Part shown: in pieces, positions 28,143 to 36,681 of the stretch
How the letters are laid out: each line of letters begins with the position of its first letter
Numbering within the stretch: the first letter of the stretch is position 1
Source of the DNA: a virus
Taxonomy: Duplodnaviria > Caudoviricetes
Direction: 5' to 3' (one strand)
IMG/VR virus record: IMGVR_UViG_3300013830_000007
Location: 24,323-88,322 of that record
DNA length: 64,000 nt
Made by a program: the position numbers and the translations under genes
The notes under the pieces: model-generated
Databases searched by the model: none
Seen by the model: only the letters and a program-made list of their open reading frames with translations
What the model was told of the DNA's origin: nothing

Positions 28143-29095
28143 AAATCGCATTCATGTCCTATGTTATCGGCTCAAAACGTTTTATAGATATGGCTATCGT
28201 AACTATCATGTCTTATCTTGAAACCAATCTCACTGAAGTGGATTGGTTAATATTCGGTGATACTGACGATGATCTTAAGTGTATAAAAGACAGATTGAGT
28301 TTCATTAAAGATAACCAAGTACATATTAAAGTTTTACCTTTTACTAATATTGAAGATAACGTTAACTTTGTTAATCATAAAGGTTGGATAACTGATTTAG
28401 CCTGTACGATGTTTTATAAACGTATAAAGTTAATCGATAAGTATAAAAAAGATTACGACCTTTTGGTAATGGTTGATTTGGATATAATTTTTGTAGGTGG
28501 TATCTCAGCTTATCTTCAAAAAGCATATAACGATGATAATGTCTGGATTTCTGGGCAAGAACAAAACAATCCTGAAGAAGATATTATTAAACTTAATAAC
28601 AATCAGCATTATATAAATTTCGGATTTGCTATATTAAAATGCAGCAAATTAAGAGATAATGAATTTGATCATCTATGTAAATTCCTTGATACTCCAAATA
28701 TTATTCTTTCTTGTCAGGATCAATCCTATTATAATAGTTCCTATCCGGCTGATAAATATTTTGTTTATCAGGATTTACAATTATGTGAATGGAATTTTCA
28801 ATGGTTTAAACGAATAAAACCTCAATATAAAATTTATCATTATTCACCAATGCGTTATATGGATCAAAATAAAACAGTAATATACAATAATAAAGCTAAT
28901 GAAAATATTAAATACGGCTGGAGTGTTATCAGTTTATTAGCTTATGATAAATATGCAGAATGCACTGAAAGATACAAACAATATCTTTCAGGAGACTTTC
29001 TAAAAAATGTAAAACTCAACAATCAGCGTTTTCTAAACGAAAGAAACGCTGATAAAATATCTTATTATTGCTATAAAAGGCGTTACAGATTATGA
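28121..29095 (+). CDS. Glycosyltransferase, GT-A fold (GT8-like)
   Basis: MFYKRIK..., VMVDLDIIF (DxD), YINFGF and CQDQSYYN follow the GT8 pattern. Confidence 0.75.
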   Translation: MDCGGRMKIAFMSYVIGSKRFIDMAIVTIMSYLETNLTEVDWLIFGDTDDDLKCIKDRLSFIKDNQVHIKVLPFTNIEDNVNFVNHKGWITDLACTMFYKRIKLIDKYKKDYDLLVMVDLDIIFVGGISAYLQKAYNDDNVWISGQEQNNPEEDIIKLNNNQHYINFGFAILKCSKLRDNEFDHLCKFLDTPNIILSCQDQSYYNSSYPADKYFVYQDLQLCEWNFQWFKRIKPQYKIYHYSPMRYMDQNKTVIYNNKANENIKYGWSVISLLAYDKYAECTERYKQYLSGDFLKNVKLNNQRFLNERNADKISYYCYKRRYRL

Positions 29096-30066
29096 AAGAA
29101 AAAGTTGCTGTTATAGGTGCTGGATTCTACGGGCTTATGCTTAGCACCTTTCTTGCTAAAAAATATAATGTAACTATTTTTGAAGAAGAATCTGATGTCA
29201 TGACTAAAGCTTCCAATCTTTGTCAGGCAAGAATCCATACAGGAATGATGTATCCCAGACACATCAGAACTGCTATTTCCTGTTTAATGACATTCAGACC
29301 ATTCATGACCAGATTCAACGAAGCTATCGTAGATAATTTTACTTCGATATATGCCGTAGCCAAGAACTCCAATATCTCAAGTGAAGAATTCTACAAAACT
29401 CAAAAAGGAATGGGTCAACATATTGTAAAAATCAAAAATGAATTATTTAATCCTGATCTAGTAGAAGGCGTTTACAGTTGTGAAGAATTTACCTTTGACC
29501 CATTGATCATCAAAAATGTACTTCTTCATGAATGCGATAAAGAAGGTATTGATATTGAACTAGATACCAAAGTAGAGAAATTAGATCTTCTGTATAAGAA
29601 GTATTCTAAAATATTCTTATGCAATTATGAAGATATCAACAGAGTACTGACTAATAGTTACTTATCTCCTATTCCTATGAAAAGTAATAAATTTGAAAAG
29701 ATTTTTTATAGAGATAACTTAGGAAAAATAGCCGTATGCGTAGTAGATGGAAATTACTTTAATACTATGTGTTTACCTGATAGATATGAAGGCATCAAGA
29801 CTATAACAGCACCCGATTTAAGTATCTGTAAAGTAGGAGATATGTGGGATACATTAGTCAAGAGAGTTAAAAAGTTTATTCCTGATATTGCTATGGCTTA
29901 TAATCATTCTCAGATTGGTTATAAAACTGTTTGCACCGATAAAGAGACTTTCAGAACCTGCTATATCAATCAACAGAACTACAGAGGTATAGACATCTAT
30001 TCAATATTGGGTGGTAAGATAACTAATGTATTCAATTTGTTCGATGATCTTAAATCGATGTTATAA
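29092..30066 (+). CDS. FAD-dependent oxidoreductase
   Basis: VIGAGFYG Rossmann motif, ASNLCQARIHTGMMYPR, C-terminal ILGGKITNV. Confidence 0.8.
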   Translation: MKEKVAVIGAGFYGLMLSTFLAKKYNVTIFEEESDVMTKASNLCQARIHTGMMYPRHIRTAISCLMTFRPFMTRFNEAIVDNFTSIYAVAKNSNISSEEFYKTQKGMGQHIVKIKNELFNPDLVEGVYSCEEFTFDPLIIKNVLLHECDKEGIDIELDTKVEKLDLLYKKYSKIFLCNYEDINRVLTNSYLSPIPMKSNKFEKIFYRDNLGKIAVCVVDGNYFNTMCLPDRYEGIKTITAPDLSICKVGDMWDTLVKRVKKFIPDIAMAYNHSQIGYKTVCTDKETFRTCYINQQNYRGIDIYSILGGKITNVFNLFDDLKSML

Positions 30067-30071
30067 CAAAA

Positions 30072-30102
30072 GAGTACGGTCAGCTCTAAGGCTGCCGTAC
30101 TC
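30072..30102. terminator. Terminator between convergent island genes
   Basis: gagtacgg/ccgtactc stem. Confidence 0.6.
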
Positions 30103-30112
30103 CGATTGTCAA

Positions 30113-32014
30113 TTAAATGTTTTTAATTTTCTGAATAAGTTCATCGATATTTTCAATACCAAGTGCGGTAGCTATACGAGTAATGAATACTTCACTTAGT
30201 TCTACACAATTGTGCTTAACTGAAGACTTATAAATAGAAATCAAGTCATCCAGCAGATTACCTATACAAGAATTACCTTTAGGCCATCTAAGTTGAATAG
30301 ATAAATCTCCATTGGATAATCTTCTATAGAAGATATTCTCAAGTCTTAAGTCGCCATGATGGAACATTGCTTTCTTAAATACATCGTAGTTATCAAATTC
30401 CTGAGGAATCTGAACTTCAGCATCGCTCTTAATTGCATCTATATACGAACAATAATTAGCTGCTAGCTTACTGATAATTTCTGTAGCTTCATCTTTCTCA
30501 TCAGTTAAAATACACTTATGTGTTTCAACCTCAGTAAAATGAAGACTCTCATTACCATTATCATCTCTCGATGCAAAAGTGGCAGGTAAGAATATCAAAG
30601 GAAGATCAGAATGACTATTCAGTACTTCAGTTATCGAATTATAATACTGAACTTCCTGATTGAGTAACTGCTTCTCTTCATCAGTAGCATTAGGATGAGC
30701 TACCAATTTAATATAATCAACTGGATTGACTCTGAATAATCCGAATTTATCATCAATACTCAGAACAGCTTTAGTGTTTCTGCTAAAAAATTCATAAACC
30801 GTAGGAAGATCTCTAAGATTGTCATATTTAGCAGTAGAAATATATTCAAATGCTAATAACACCTGAAGTATAGTTCTATCCATATTCAGATAGTTATAAG
30901 TAGCTAATCTTCCAACATGAAGAATAACTGCTCCAGGAATACTATCTACATCAACAAATACATTAGTTCCATCGAGAAGAGATAATACTCTGAGTTTATT
31001 ATCTGGATAATTCTCAATCAGGTATTTGAAGATATCTACATCTTCAAACGGATACATCGGAATATCATTAGTATATGCATCTCTAGGATATTCAAAATTC
31101 AATATCTTACCACTTCTATGAATACGGGTATACGGAAATATAGTATCCGGTACATTGATAGCCATAGGAAGTCTGGAATACTCTTCGTTATGATCATATC
31201 CATAAATAAAATCGCAAGTACGATAAGGCAACGAATTCTTGCAATTGTAGAATTTATCTATCGGAGTTGTATTGATTATCAATACTCCTTTATAATTCTC
31301 ATCATCTTTGAAATTAAAACTGGAAATACTGAGAGTATCATTAAAATAAAATTTAATATCTTTTCTCTTAAGAAGTTTGGTATTCGAATAATCCATCTTA
31401 AGAGGAATACACTGATATTTATCTCTGAAAGTAACATTGTGATAATCATAGTAGATTTTCACTCTGTCTTCAATAGTTTTACTAAATGTATGTTCTCCCC
31501 ACTGTTTTTTGGAATAAGGAAGAATCAATGCATTGTACAGTACATTGCATCTATGAAGAAATTCAGCATCATTGCTAATACTCTTCATATCGGTAAACGA
31601 ACTTCCACTGGGAAATTTCTTAAATAGCTGAAGAATAGTTTTTTCACTGAATCCAAACTTACTCAAAGTATCTGCATTGATAGGCCAAGCATAGGTTCTA
31701 TCCTGAGATAATGATAAAGTCTTCATCTCAAATACTTCAGTATCATAAATTTCATTGAATATTTTGTAACAGATTTTATTATCAGTGTGAAAAACATGAT
31801 CGCCGTAACGGCAGGGAGAATAAGTTAACTTTCTGAATTCATCAGAATACTGGTTAATGAATTCATTGTTATGAACGTCTACAAACCAGTTGGCACAAAG
31901 TCCGCCAGCTACTCGCTCCTTCTCATATACTACAGTAGAAGGGCAATTCTTAATATCAGCTGCTGTCAGTCCAGCCAACCCTGCACCAACAACAATTTTC
32001 TTTTTAATCTCCAT
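30113..32014 (-). CDS. glf: UDP-galactopyranose mutase-like protein fused to a C-terminal phosphotransferase-like domain
   Basis: GAGLAG, YGDHVFHT, YSKKQWG, KYQCIP, YTRI and GRLATYNYLNMD are UGM motifs; the C-terminal HGDLRLENI is an APH/kinase catalytic-loop motif. Confidence 0.75.
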   Translation of the reverse strand: MEIKKKIVVGAGLAGLTAADIKNCPSTVVYEKERVAGGLCANWFVDVHNNEFINQYSDEFRKLTYSPCRYGDHVFHTDNKICYKIFNEIYDTEVFEMKTLSLSQDRTYAWPINADTLSKFGFSEKTILQLFKKFPSGSSFTDMKSISNDAEFLHRCNVLYNALILPYSKKQWGEHTFSKTIEDRVKIYYDYHNVTFRDKYQCIPLKMDYSNTKLLKRKDIKFYFNDTLSISSFNFKDDENYKGVLIINTTPIDKFYNCKNSLPYRTCDFIYGYDHNEEYSRLPMAINVPDTIFPYTRIHRSGKILNFEYPRDAYTNDIPMYPFEDVDIFKYLIENYPDNKLRVLSLLDGTNVFVDVDSIPGAVILHVGRLATYNYLNMDRTILQVLLAFEYISTAKYDNLRDLPTVYEFFSRNTKAVLSIDDKFGLFRVNPVDYIKLVAHPNATDEEKQLLNQEVQYYNSITEVLNSHSDLPLIFLPATFASRDDNGNESLHFTEVETHKCILTDEKDEATEIISKLAANYCSYIDAIKSDAEVQIPQEFDNYDVFKKAMFHHGDLRLENIFYRRLSNGDLSIQLRWPKGNSCIGNLLDDLISIYKSSVKHNCVELSEVFITRIATALGIENIDELIQKIKNI

Positions 32015-32120
32015 TAATTTTATCCTCTATTAGAAAGAACTATTTAATAGTCAGCATATTTATCAATGTATATTTAGGACTATCATGCGATAGTCTTTAC
32101 TATTGGAGTAATATGACCAA

Positions 32121-32921
32121 ATGGATGCGTTAATCGGCTTTAATGGGTTTGTAGGAAGTACACTACTTTCTCAGCTTCCTAGCAAACCAGAATTATATAA
32201 TTCCTCTAACCTTGAAGATATAAAGTTTAAAACATTTGACAATCTTTATATCTGCTGCCCTACCGGATCTAAGTATTACGTTAATGAGCATTCTTATCAG
32301 GATTATATGAATATGAGAGATATCCTGAAATTACTGGCTACCGTTAATTGTAATGATTGCTATCTGGTATCTTCCCAGGATTGTAACAGTACTCTGTATT
32401 CAGATGAAACTTTTATCTGTTATCCGTTTACTGAGTATGGAAAGAACAGACTGTTCTTCGAGGATGCTATTCGTGATTTATTCGAAAATCATCACGTAAT
32501 GCGAATAGGCTGTTTATTTGGTAAGGGTCTTAAAAAGAATATCATTTTTGATCTTCTTAATCATAACTATCTGGAGAATATCAAATCAGATTTTGCATAC
32601 CAGCTGTACAATATGGATTATCTGTACAAAGATATGCAAATTATGAAACAGCTTGATATTCATCTCTGGAATAGATTTTCTGAACCAGTCTACATTTCAG
32701 AGATAATCAAATTATTCAATGAATGCGGATATGATTATCATTTTGATCTTCCTCTCGATGATGACCTTAGTTATCGAAACAAAGGTTCATTGATAAAGAA
32801 AAGTGCAATCATGTCCGAATTAAAAGATTTTATTCTTAACTACGAGCACAACTCAGATGATAGGCATCAACGGGCTAACGGCGAACAATTCGATCTCAAC
32901 TTTACAGACCCTAAGTCGTGA
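32121..32921 (+). CDS. NAD-dependent epimerase/dehydratase (extended SDR)
   Basis: LIGFNGFVGS, YGKNR (YxxxK-like), RIGCLFGKGLKKNIIFDL. Confidence 0.75.
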   Translation: MDALIGFNGFVGSTLLSQLPSKPELYNSSNLEDIKFKTFDNLYICCPTGSKYYVNEHSYQDYMNMRDILKLLATVNCNDCYLVSSQDCNSTLYSDETFICYPFTEYGKNRLFFEDAIRDLFENHHVMRIGCLFGKGLKKNIIFDLLNHNYLENIKSDFAYQLYNMDYLYKDMQIMKQLDIHLWNRFSEPVYISEIIKLFNECGYDYHFDLPLDDDLSYRNKGSLIKKSAIMSELKDFILNYEHNSDDRHQRANGEQFDLNFTDPKS

Positions 32922-33522
32922 GGGGTTAATCGATACTTACGAATGCAACAGACGAATGTATCTTAATAACAAAAATGTTTTAAGGAACTTAAATATCAGA
33001 TGTGATACATTCAGTTCATTAGTCACAGGTGATTACAATCTCGATACTGTTGAAGGAAGGATTGGGTTCTTCAACGAATTTCTTGAAACTATAAGTTTTG
33101 CCGATGACATAGGTGCTTACAAGCTAATGTTCGGTTTGGCAAGATATAGACAGGAAATGAATAGTGATAAATTGAAATTCTTTAAAGAGCTTAGAGAAGT
33201 AGCCAAGGATAGAGATAAAATATTATTATTTGAAGCTATCTCTTCTTATGGAAATAAGTTCTTAACTAATCATAAGGAATTAATTGAATTTTCTAAGGAA
33301 ATTAACCTTAGCGGCATTCATGTTGACTTTGGTACATTAAGAGATTGTCACGAATCTTTTACTGAGATATCCAAGCAGATAAATGTCATTAATATTCATT
33401 TTCCTTATGGTGAGTACAACACTACAGAGGTTGAGAATTTCGATATAAGTATTGAGAATTATACTAACAAAAAATTAAATGTTAATGACCTTGCTGACTA
33501 TTTTTCCAAAATTAAAAAATAA
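32857..33522 (+). CDS. Sugar-phosphate isomerase/epimerase, xylose-isomerase-like TIM barrel
   Basis: LMFG, LLFEAI, IHVDFGTL, NIH and ISIEN metal-binding pattern; context beside the epimerase. Confidence 0.65.
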   Translation: MIGINGLTANNSISTLQTLSREGLIDTYECNRRMYLNNKNVLRNLNIRCDTFSSLVTGDYNLDTVEGRIGFFNEFLETISFADDIGAYKLMFGLARYRQEMNSDKLKFFKELREVAKDRDKILLFEAISSYGNKFLTNHKELIEFSKEINLSGIHVDFGTLRDCHESFTEISKQINVINIHFPYGEYNTTEVENFDISIENYTNKKLNVNDLADYFSKIKK

Positions 33523-33524
33523 GG

Positions 33525-33553
33525 ATCTTGGGACATGCTAAATGTCCCAAGAT
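33525..33553 (+). terminator. Hairpin at the island end
   Basis: tcttgggacat/atgtcccaaga stem. Confidence 0.55.
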
Positions 33554-33691
33554 TCCAAGCCATGCAATGAATTATTTTCAGAGGTATAACTTCATTGATA
33601 TTATCTTTATTTTGTAGAATCATAATGTCTTTTATCTTAGTATCGGGTTTCTTTCTGATGTTAAGATTAATTCTGAATTAGAGGTAACTTA

Positions 33692-34180
33692 ATGGCTACT
33701 CTTAGTACTATAAGCGGTATCACTAAATTACTTAAGTTATCTGAAGCTGAAGTATCCAAATATGCTTCCAAAATTTTTCCAGCTAATATACTTATTCTGG
33801 AACCCAATGGTAAGATACTTCTTTCAGATGGAATGTCTTCATTGTCAGATCTTCCTACCCGTATAGACCAGACTTTAACTCAAAGTGAAAAGAATGCATT
33901 AAATGCAGCTTTTGTTACTGGTAAATACAAGATAGCGTCTGGCGGTGTAGTAGTACATGATAACAAAGGTAAAATAGACGATGCTTCATTGAAATTAGTC
34001 AGTGATGGAAAGATAGTCGCTTCTTACTTATCTGACTATGTAGATCCTGAAACTAATAAGATTAAAGCAGATGCTATTTCCTCGGACTCAGGAGCAGAAG
34101 CTCAGGGTGCTGTGATGTATGATCATCCAGTAGATATGAGCATTTCGCTTACTGATTTGATCAACTTATCAAAGGTATAA
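33692..34180 (+). CDS. Putative structural protein with an Mtd N-terminal-like segment
   Basis: ILEPNGKILLSDGMSSLSDLP resembles the ETDTGK.K.GDG...W..LP motif. Confidence 0.5.
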   Translation: MATLSTISGITKLLKLSEAEVSKYASKIFPANILILEPNGKILLSDGMSSLSDLPTRIDQTLTQSEKNALNAAFVTGKYKIASGGVVVHDNKGKIDDASLKLVSDGKIVASYLSDYVDPETNKIKADAISSDSGAEAQGAVMYDHPVDMSISLTDLINLSKV

Positions 34181-34184
34181 AGCT

Positions 34185-34388
34185 ATGACAAATGTACTTC
34201 AGTCGGTAGCGATAGATCTGCTCATTCTGCTGGTCTCTGTTATCATAGGAATCATTGGATTTTATTTAGGAAGTGAATTAAAAAAGCACGAACGAAGAAT
34301 TGATAATTTAGACAAAGTTGTAATGAGACACGACAGCGAAATAAAAAATCTCAGAACAGATGTTGACAATATCATGAACAGCAAGTAA
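34185..34388 (+). CDS. Small transmembrane plus coiled-coil protein (holin-associated type)
   Basis: One N-terminal TM helix followed by a short coiled coil. Confidence 0.55.
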   Translation: MTNVLQSVAIDLLILLVSVIIGIIGFYLGSELKKHERRIDNLDKVVMRHDSEIKNLRTDVDNIMNSK

Positions 34389-34435
34389 AATGAATATGCT
34401 ATGCCTTAGGTAAACCGGAGGTTAAACTAAGTATC

Positions 34436-34894
34436 ATGATTTCAAGACACGGCATGGTTTCATTCTTAACTAGCAATAAATTATATTTACTGGCAGTTGT
34501 ATATTCAAAGGCTAGCGAGAACGAATTAGACGCATTAACCGCTGCAATAAAACATGAAACCGGTGTTGATCTTAGCAGAGATGACTATTACAATATCAAA
34601 TTAGAAGATCTTGAAAAAGTCAGAGAATTCGAAGGTAAACGACATGGATATTTAATCGCATTAACCAGCAATAGCATCTATAATGACGATAAAAGAAAAG
34701 CTGAAATTAAAACTCTCAATTTTAAATTCATCATCGCTTCTATCGGAATAGTATTTGCTTTGACCTGGTTTACATTATTCATGTTTATATCTGTACCTCC
34801 TGAAAATGCCAAGTTTATCGATGCTGGTATAGGATTATTGTCATCGCTGGTTGGATGCTTTGTCTACGGATATTTTAAATCAGATAAAAAATGA
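34436..34894 (+). CDS. Putative holin with two C-terminal TM helices
   Basis: Helical soluble N-terminus, two hydrophobic helices flanking VPPEN, and a basic C-terminal tail. Confidence 0.5.
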   Translation: MISRHGMVSFLTSNKLYLLAVVYSKASENELDALTAAIKHETGVDLSRDDYYNIKLEDLEKVREFEGKRHGYLIALTSNSIYNDDKRKAEIKTLNFKFIIASIGIVFALTWFTLFMFISVPPENAKFIDAGIGLLSSLVGCFVYGYFKSDKK

Positions 34895-34904
34895 TCAAAA
34901 TAAA

Positions 34905-34937
34905 CTATACCCACCGATTAACTGTCGGTGGGTATAG
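34905..34937. terminator. Bidirectional terminator
   Basis: 13-bp stem ctatacccaccga/tcggtgggtatag between convergent genes. Confidence 0.75.
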
Positions 34938-34940
34938 GAT

Positions 34941-35384
34941 TTATACTATCTGGTTGATTCGGGCACAACAGGCTAAAGAATCGCATACTTCATTGTACAC
35001 ATTTCCGACATGACCTTTGACCCAATGACGGTATACAACATGTCTCTTAAGCAAATCAAGTAATTGGAGCCACAGGTCAAGATTGGGAATATCCTGACCT
35101 TTGGTCTTCCAGTGTTTTTTAGCCCATCTCTTGCTATAATCAATACCATCAAGTACATACTTACTATCAGAGTATAAATGAACTATGCATCTGGTGGTAA
35201 GTTTGGACAGTGCCATTATAACCGCAGTTAATTCCATTCTGTTACTGGTGGTATCGTAAGCCGAACCGCATAAATTCCACTGCTGACCATTCCAAATAAG
35301 AACACTCGCCCAACCGCCCATTCGAGACTTACAACTTCCATCGGTATATATAGTAATTACTGGTAATGGCAACTCCATGAACAC
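34941..35384 (-). CDS. rnhA: Ribonuclease HI
   Basis: YTDGSC, TTSNRMELTA, SDSKYV, WVKGH and NEVCDSLA give the full D-E-D-D catalytic set. Confidence 0.95.
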   Translation of the reverse strand: MFMELPLPVITIYTDGSCKSRMGGWASVLIWNGQQWNLCGSAYDTTSNRMELTAVIMALSKLTTRCIVHLYSDSKYVLDGIDYSKRWAKKHWKTKGQDIPNLDLWLQLLDLLKRHVVYRHWVKGHVGNVYNEVCDSLACCARINQIV

Positions 35385-35387
35385 CTC

Positions 35388-36092
35388 TCAGCTTATTCGG
35401 ACAGCATACAATCTAATGTGCTTATCCTTAATTTCCTTCTTAAAGTTATCTATAGATATTTTGTATCTATAGGGAAGCAATCTGGCAAGATGCTCCTGCG
35501 GTGTGAGAATGATATTATCTTTATCAATCTCACTGATTTTCATAATCAGATTCTCAGACTCTTCAGATATAGTCCAAGTCTCATCAAAAGATCTTAATGA
35601 TGCTCTCAGGTTGGCAGAATCCATACCTGTGAGAATAAAATCATCAGCTACAGTTGCACTATTGACTTTGGCTAATTCCAGCCAGGCGTTGAGCTCATCT
35701 TCGGTATCTACAATACCAAGCTCAACATTATCATAATCAGTGAACAGATAAGCAAATGACATCTTGACTTCAAGCATAATCTCAACTATCCACATAGGCA
35801 GATTATTGCGAATAAAAATGCCATATCTGGGTACTGAACTATCTGAAGTTTTCTTACCGTTCTCATCAGTAACGTACATAATCTTAATCGCATCGTCATG
35901 ATCGATTATTCCATTACTGGTAAGATGACAGTTTCTGAAAATATCAAAAAAGTCAACAACACTGTTAGTAGTGTTTCTCATACGGATAGACATGAGCATA
36001 GTGTATTTGCTCGGTATCTCTTCCTCTGGTTTAAAAGCCCCTGCTGTTCTGGCTTTAACCATCATCTGAAATGTATCTTTCACATCATACAT
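35388..36092 (-). CDS. Hypothetical protein
   Basis: 234-aa ORF upstream of rnhA. Confidence 0.75.
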   Translation of the reverse strand: MYDVKDTFQMMVKARTAGAFKPEEEIPSKYTMLMSIRMRNTTNSVVDFFDIFRNCHLTSNGIIDHDDAIKIMYVTDENGKKTSDSSVPRYGIFIRNNLPMWIVEIMLEVKMSFAYLFTDYDNVELGIVDTEDELNAWLELAKVNSATVADDFILTGMDSANLRASLRSFDETWTISEESENLIMKISEIDKDNIILTPQEHLARLLPYRYKISIDNFKKEIKDKHIRLYAVRIS

Positions 36093-36176
36093 TTTGAGTA
36101 TTCAATTCCTATAAAACCTTTATACAAAATCCCTGTATCTATTGATACCACTGCATACTCTCAATATATTAAAAAT

Positions 36177-36213
36177 GAAAAAAAAAAAAAAATAAGCTGT
36201 CATTTCTGACAGC
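36177..36213 (-). terminator. Intrinsic terminator with a GAAA tetraloop
   Basis: Minus strand gctgtca-GAAA-tgacagc followed by a long T run. Confidence 0.85.
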
Positions 36214-36460
36214 CTATTTCCGAACGGACTCAGTGATCGTTGCGCTTGGTCTGCTCGTATCAGACCCGATCACTGCCGCTCTTCCGCATCCAGGGCTTCT
36301 CTCCAGTCACCTGTGCGGCTCATCCCCGTGTGCATCCGAGGTCTGCTACGAGCAGCGTTCACTGTCTGAGTGCTAGGTATTCCTAACACCTTCAACAGCG
36401 CTCCCGCTTTTTAATGCACTTATTGCACGGGAGGATATATGCACATTGCTGTACACATAT
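36214..36460 (-). ncRNA. Candidate structured ncRNA of about 250 nt
   Basis: GC-rich non-coding island with at least five stems, bounded by a promoter (36460-36498) and a terminator (36177-36213). Confidence 0.55.
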
Positions 36461-36498
36461 CACTATAGTTATATATATTCGAGAATATTTAACCTACA
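36460..36498 (-). promoter_or_regulatory. Promoter copy 2, identical to 317-355
   Basis: 39-bp exact match. Confidence 0.7.
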
Positions 36499-36681
36499 GT
36501 TTAAAATAGTAGTCCCCGATTTCTCGGAGGCTACTAGGTTATCAAGGTTCAATAGAGGTTAGAGATTTTAGCATCATGGGAACAACCAGTAACGATAACC
36601 CAAGCAGGAGGTTAAATGAAAATCACAAATCCGAAATTTTCATTGTTACTAATTATCTCAATTAATAGCCCGAGTTAATTT

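Noticed and set aside
15836-32094. atcatgcRatagt upstream of two plus-strand units (15836, 32082) as a late promoter
   Set aside because: Only two instances, one of which is a hairpin; not found reliably before other late genes.
36214-36270. Hammerhead-like words (CTGA...GAAA) on the minus strand of the ncRNA candidate
   Set aside because: The CUGANGA core and stem II geometry are not satisfied.
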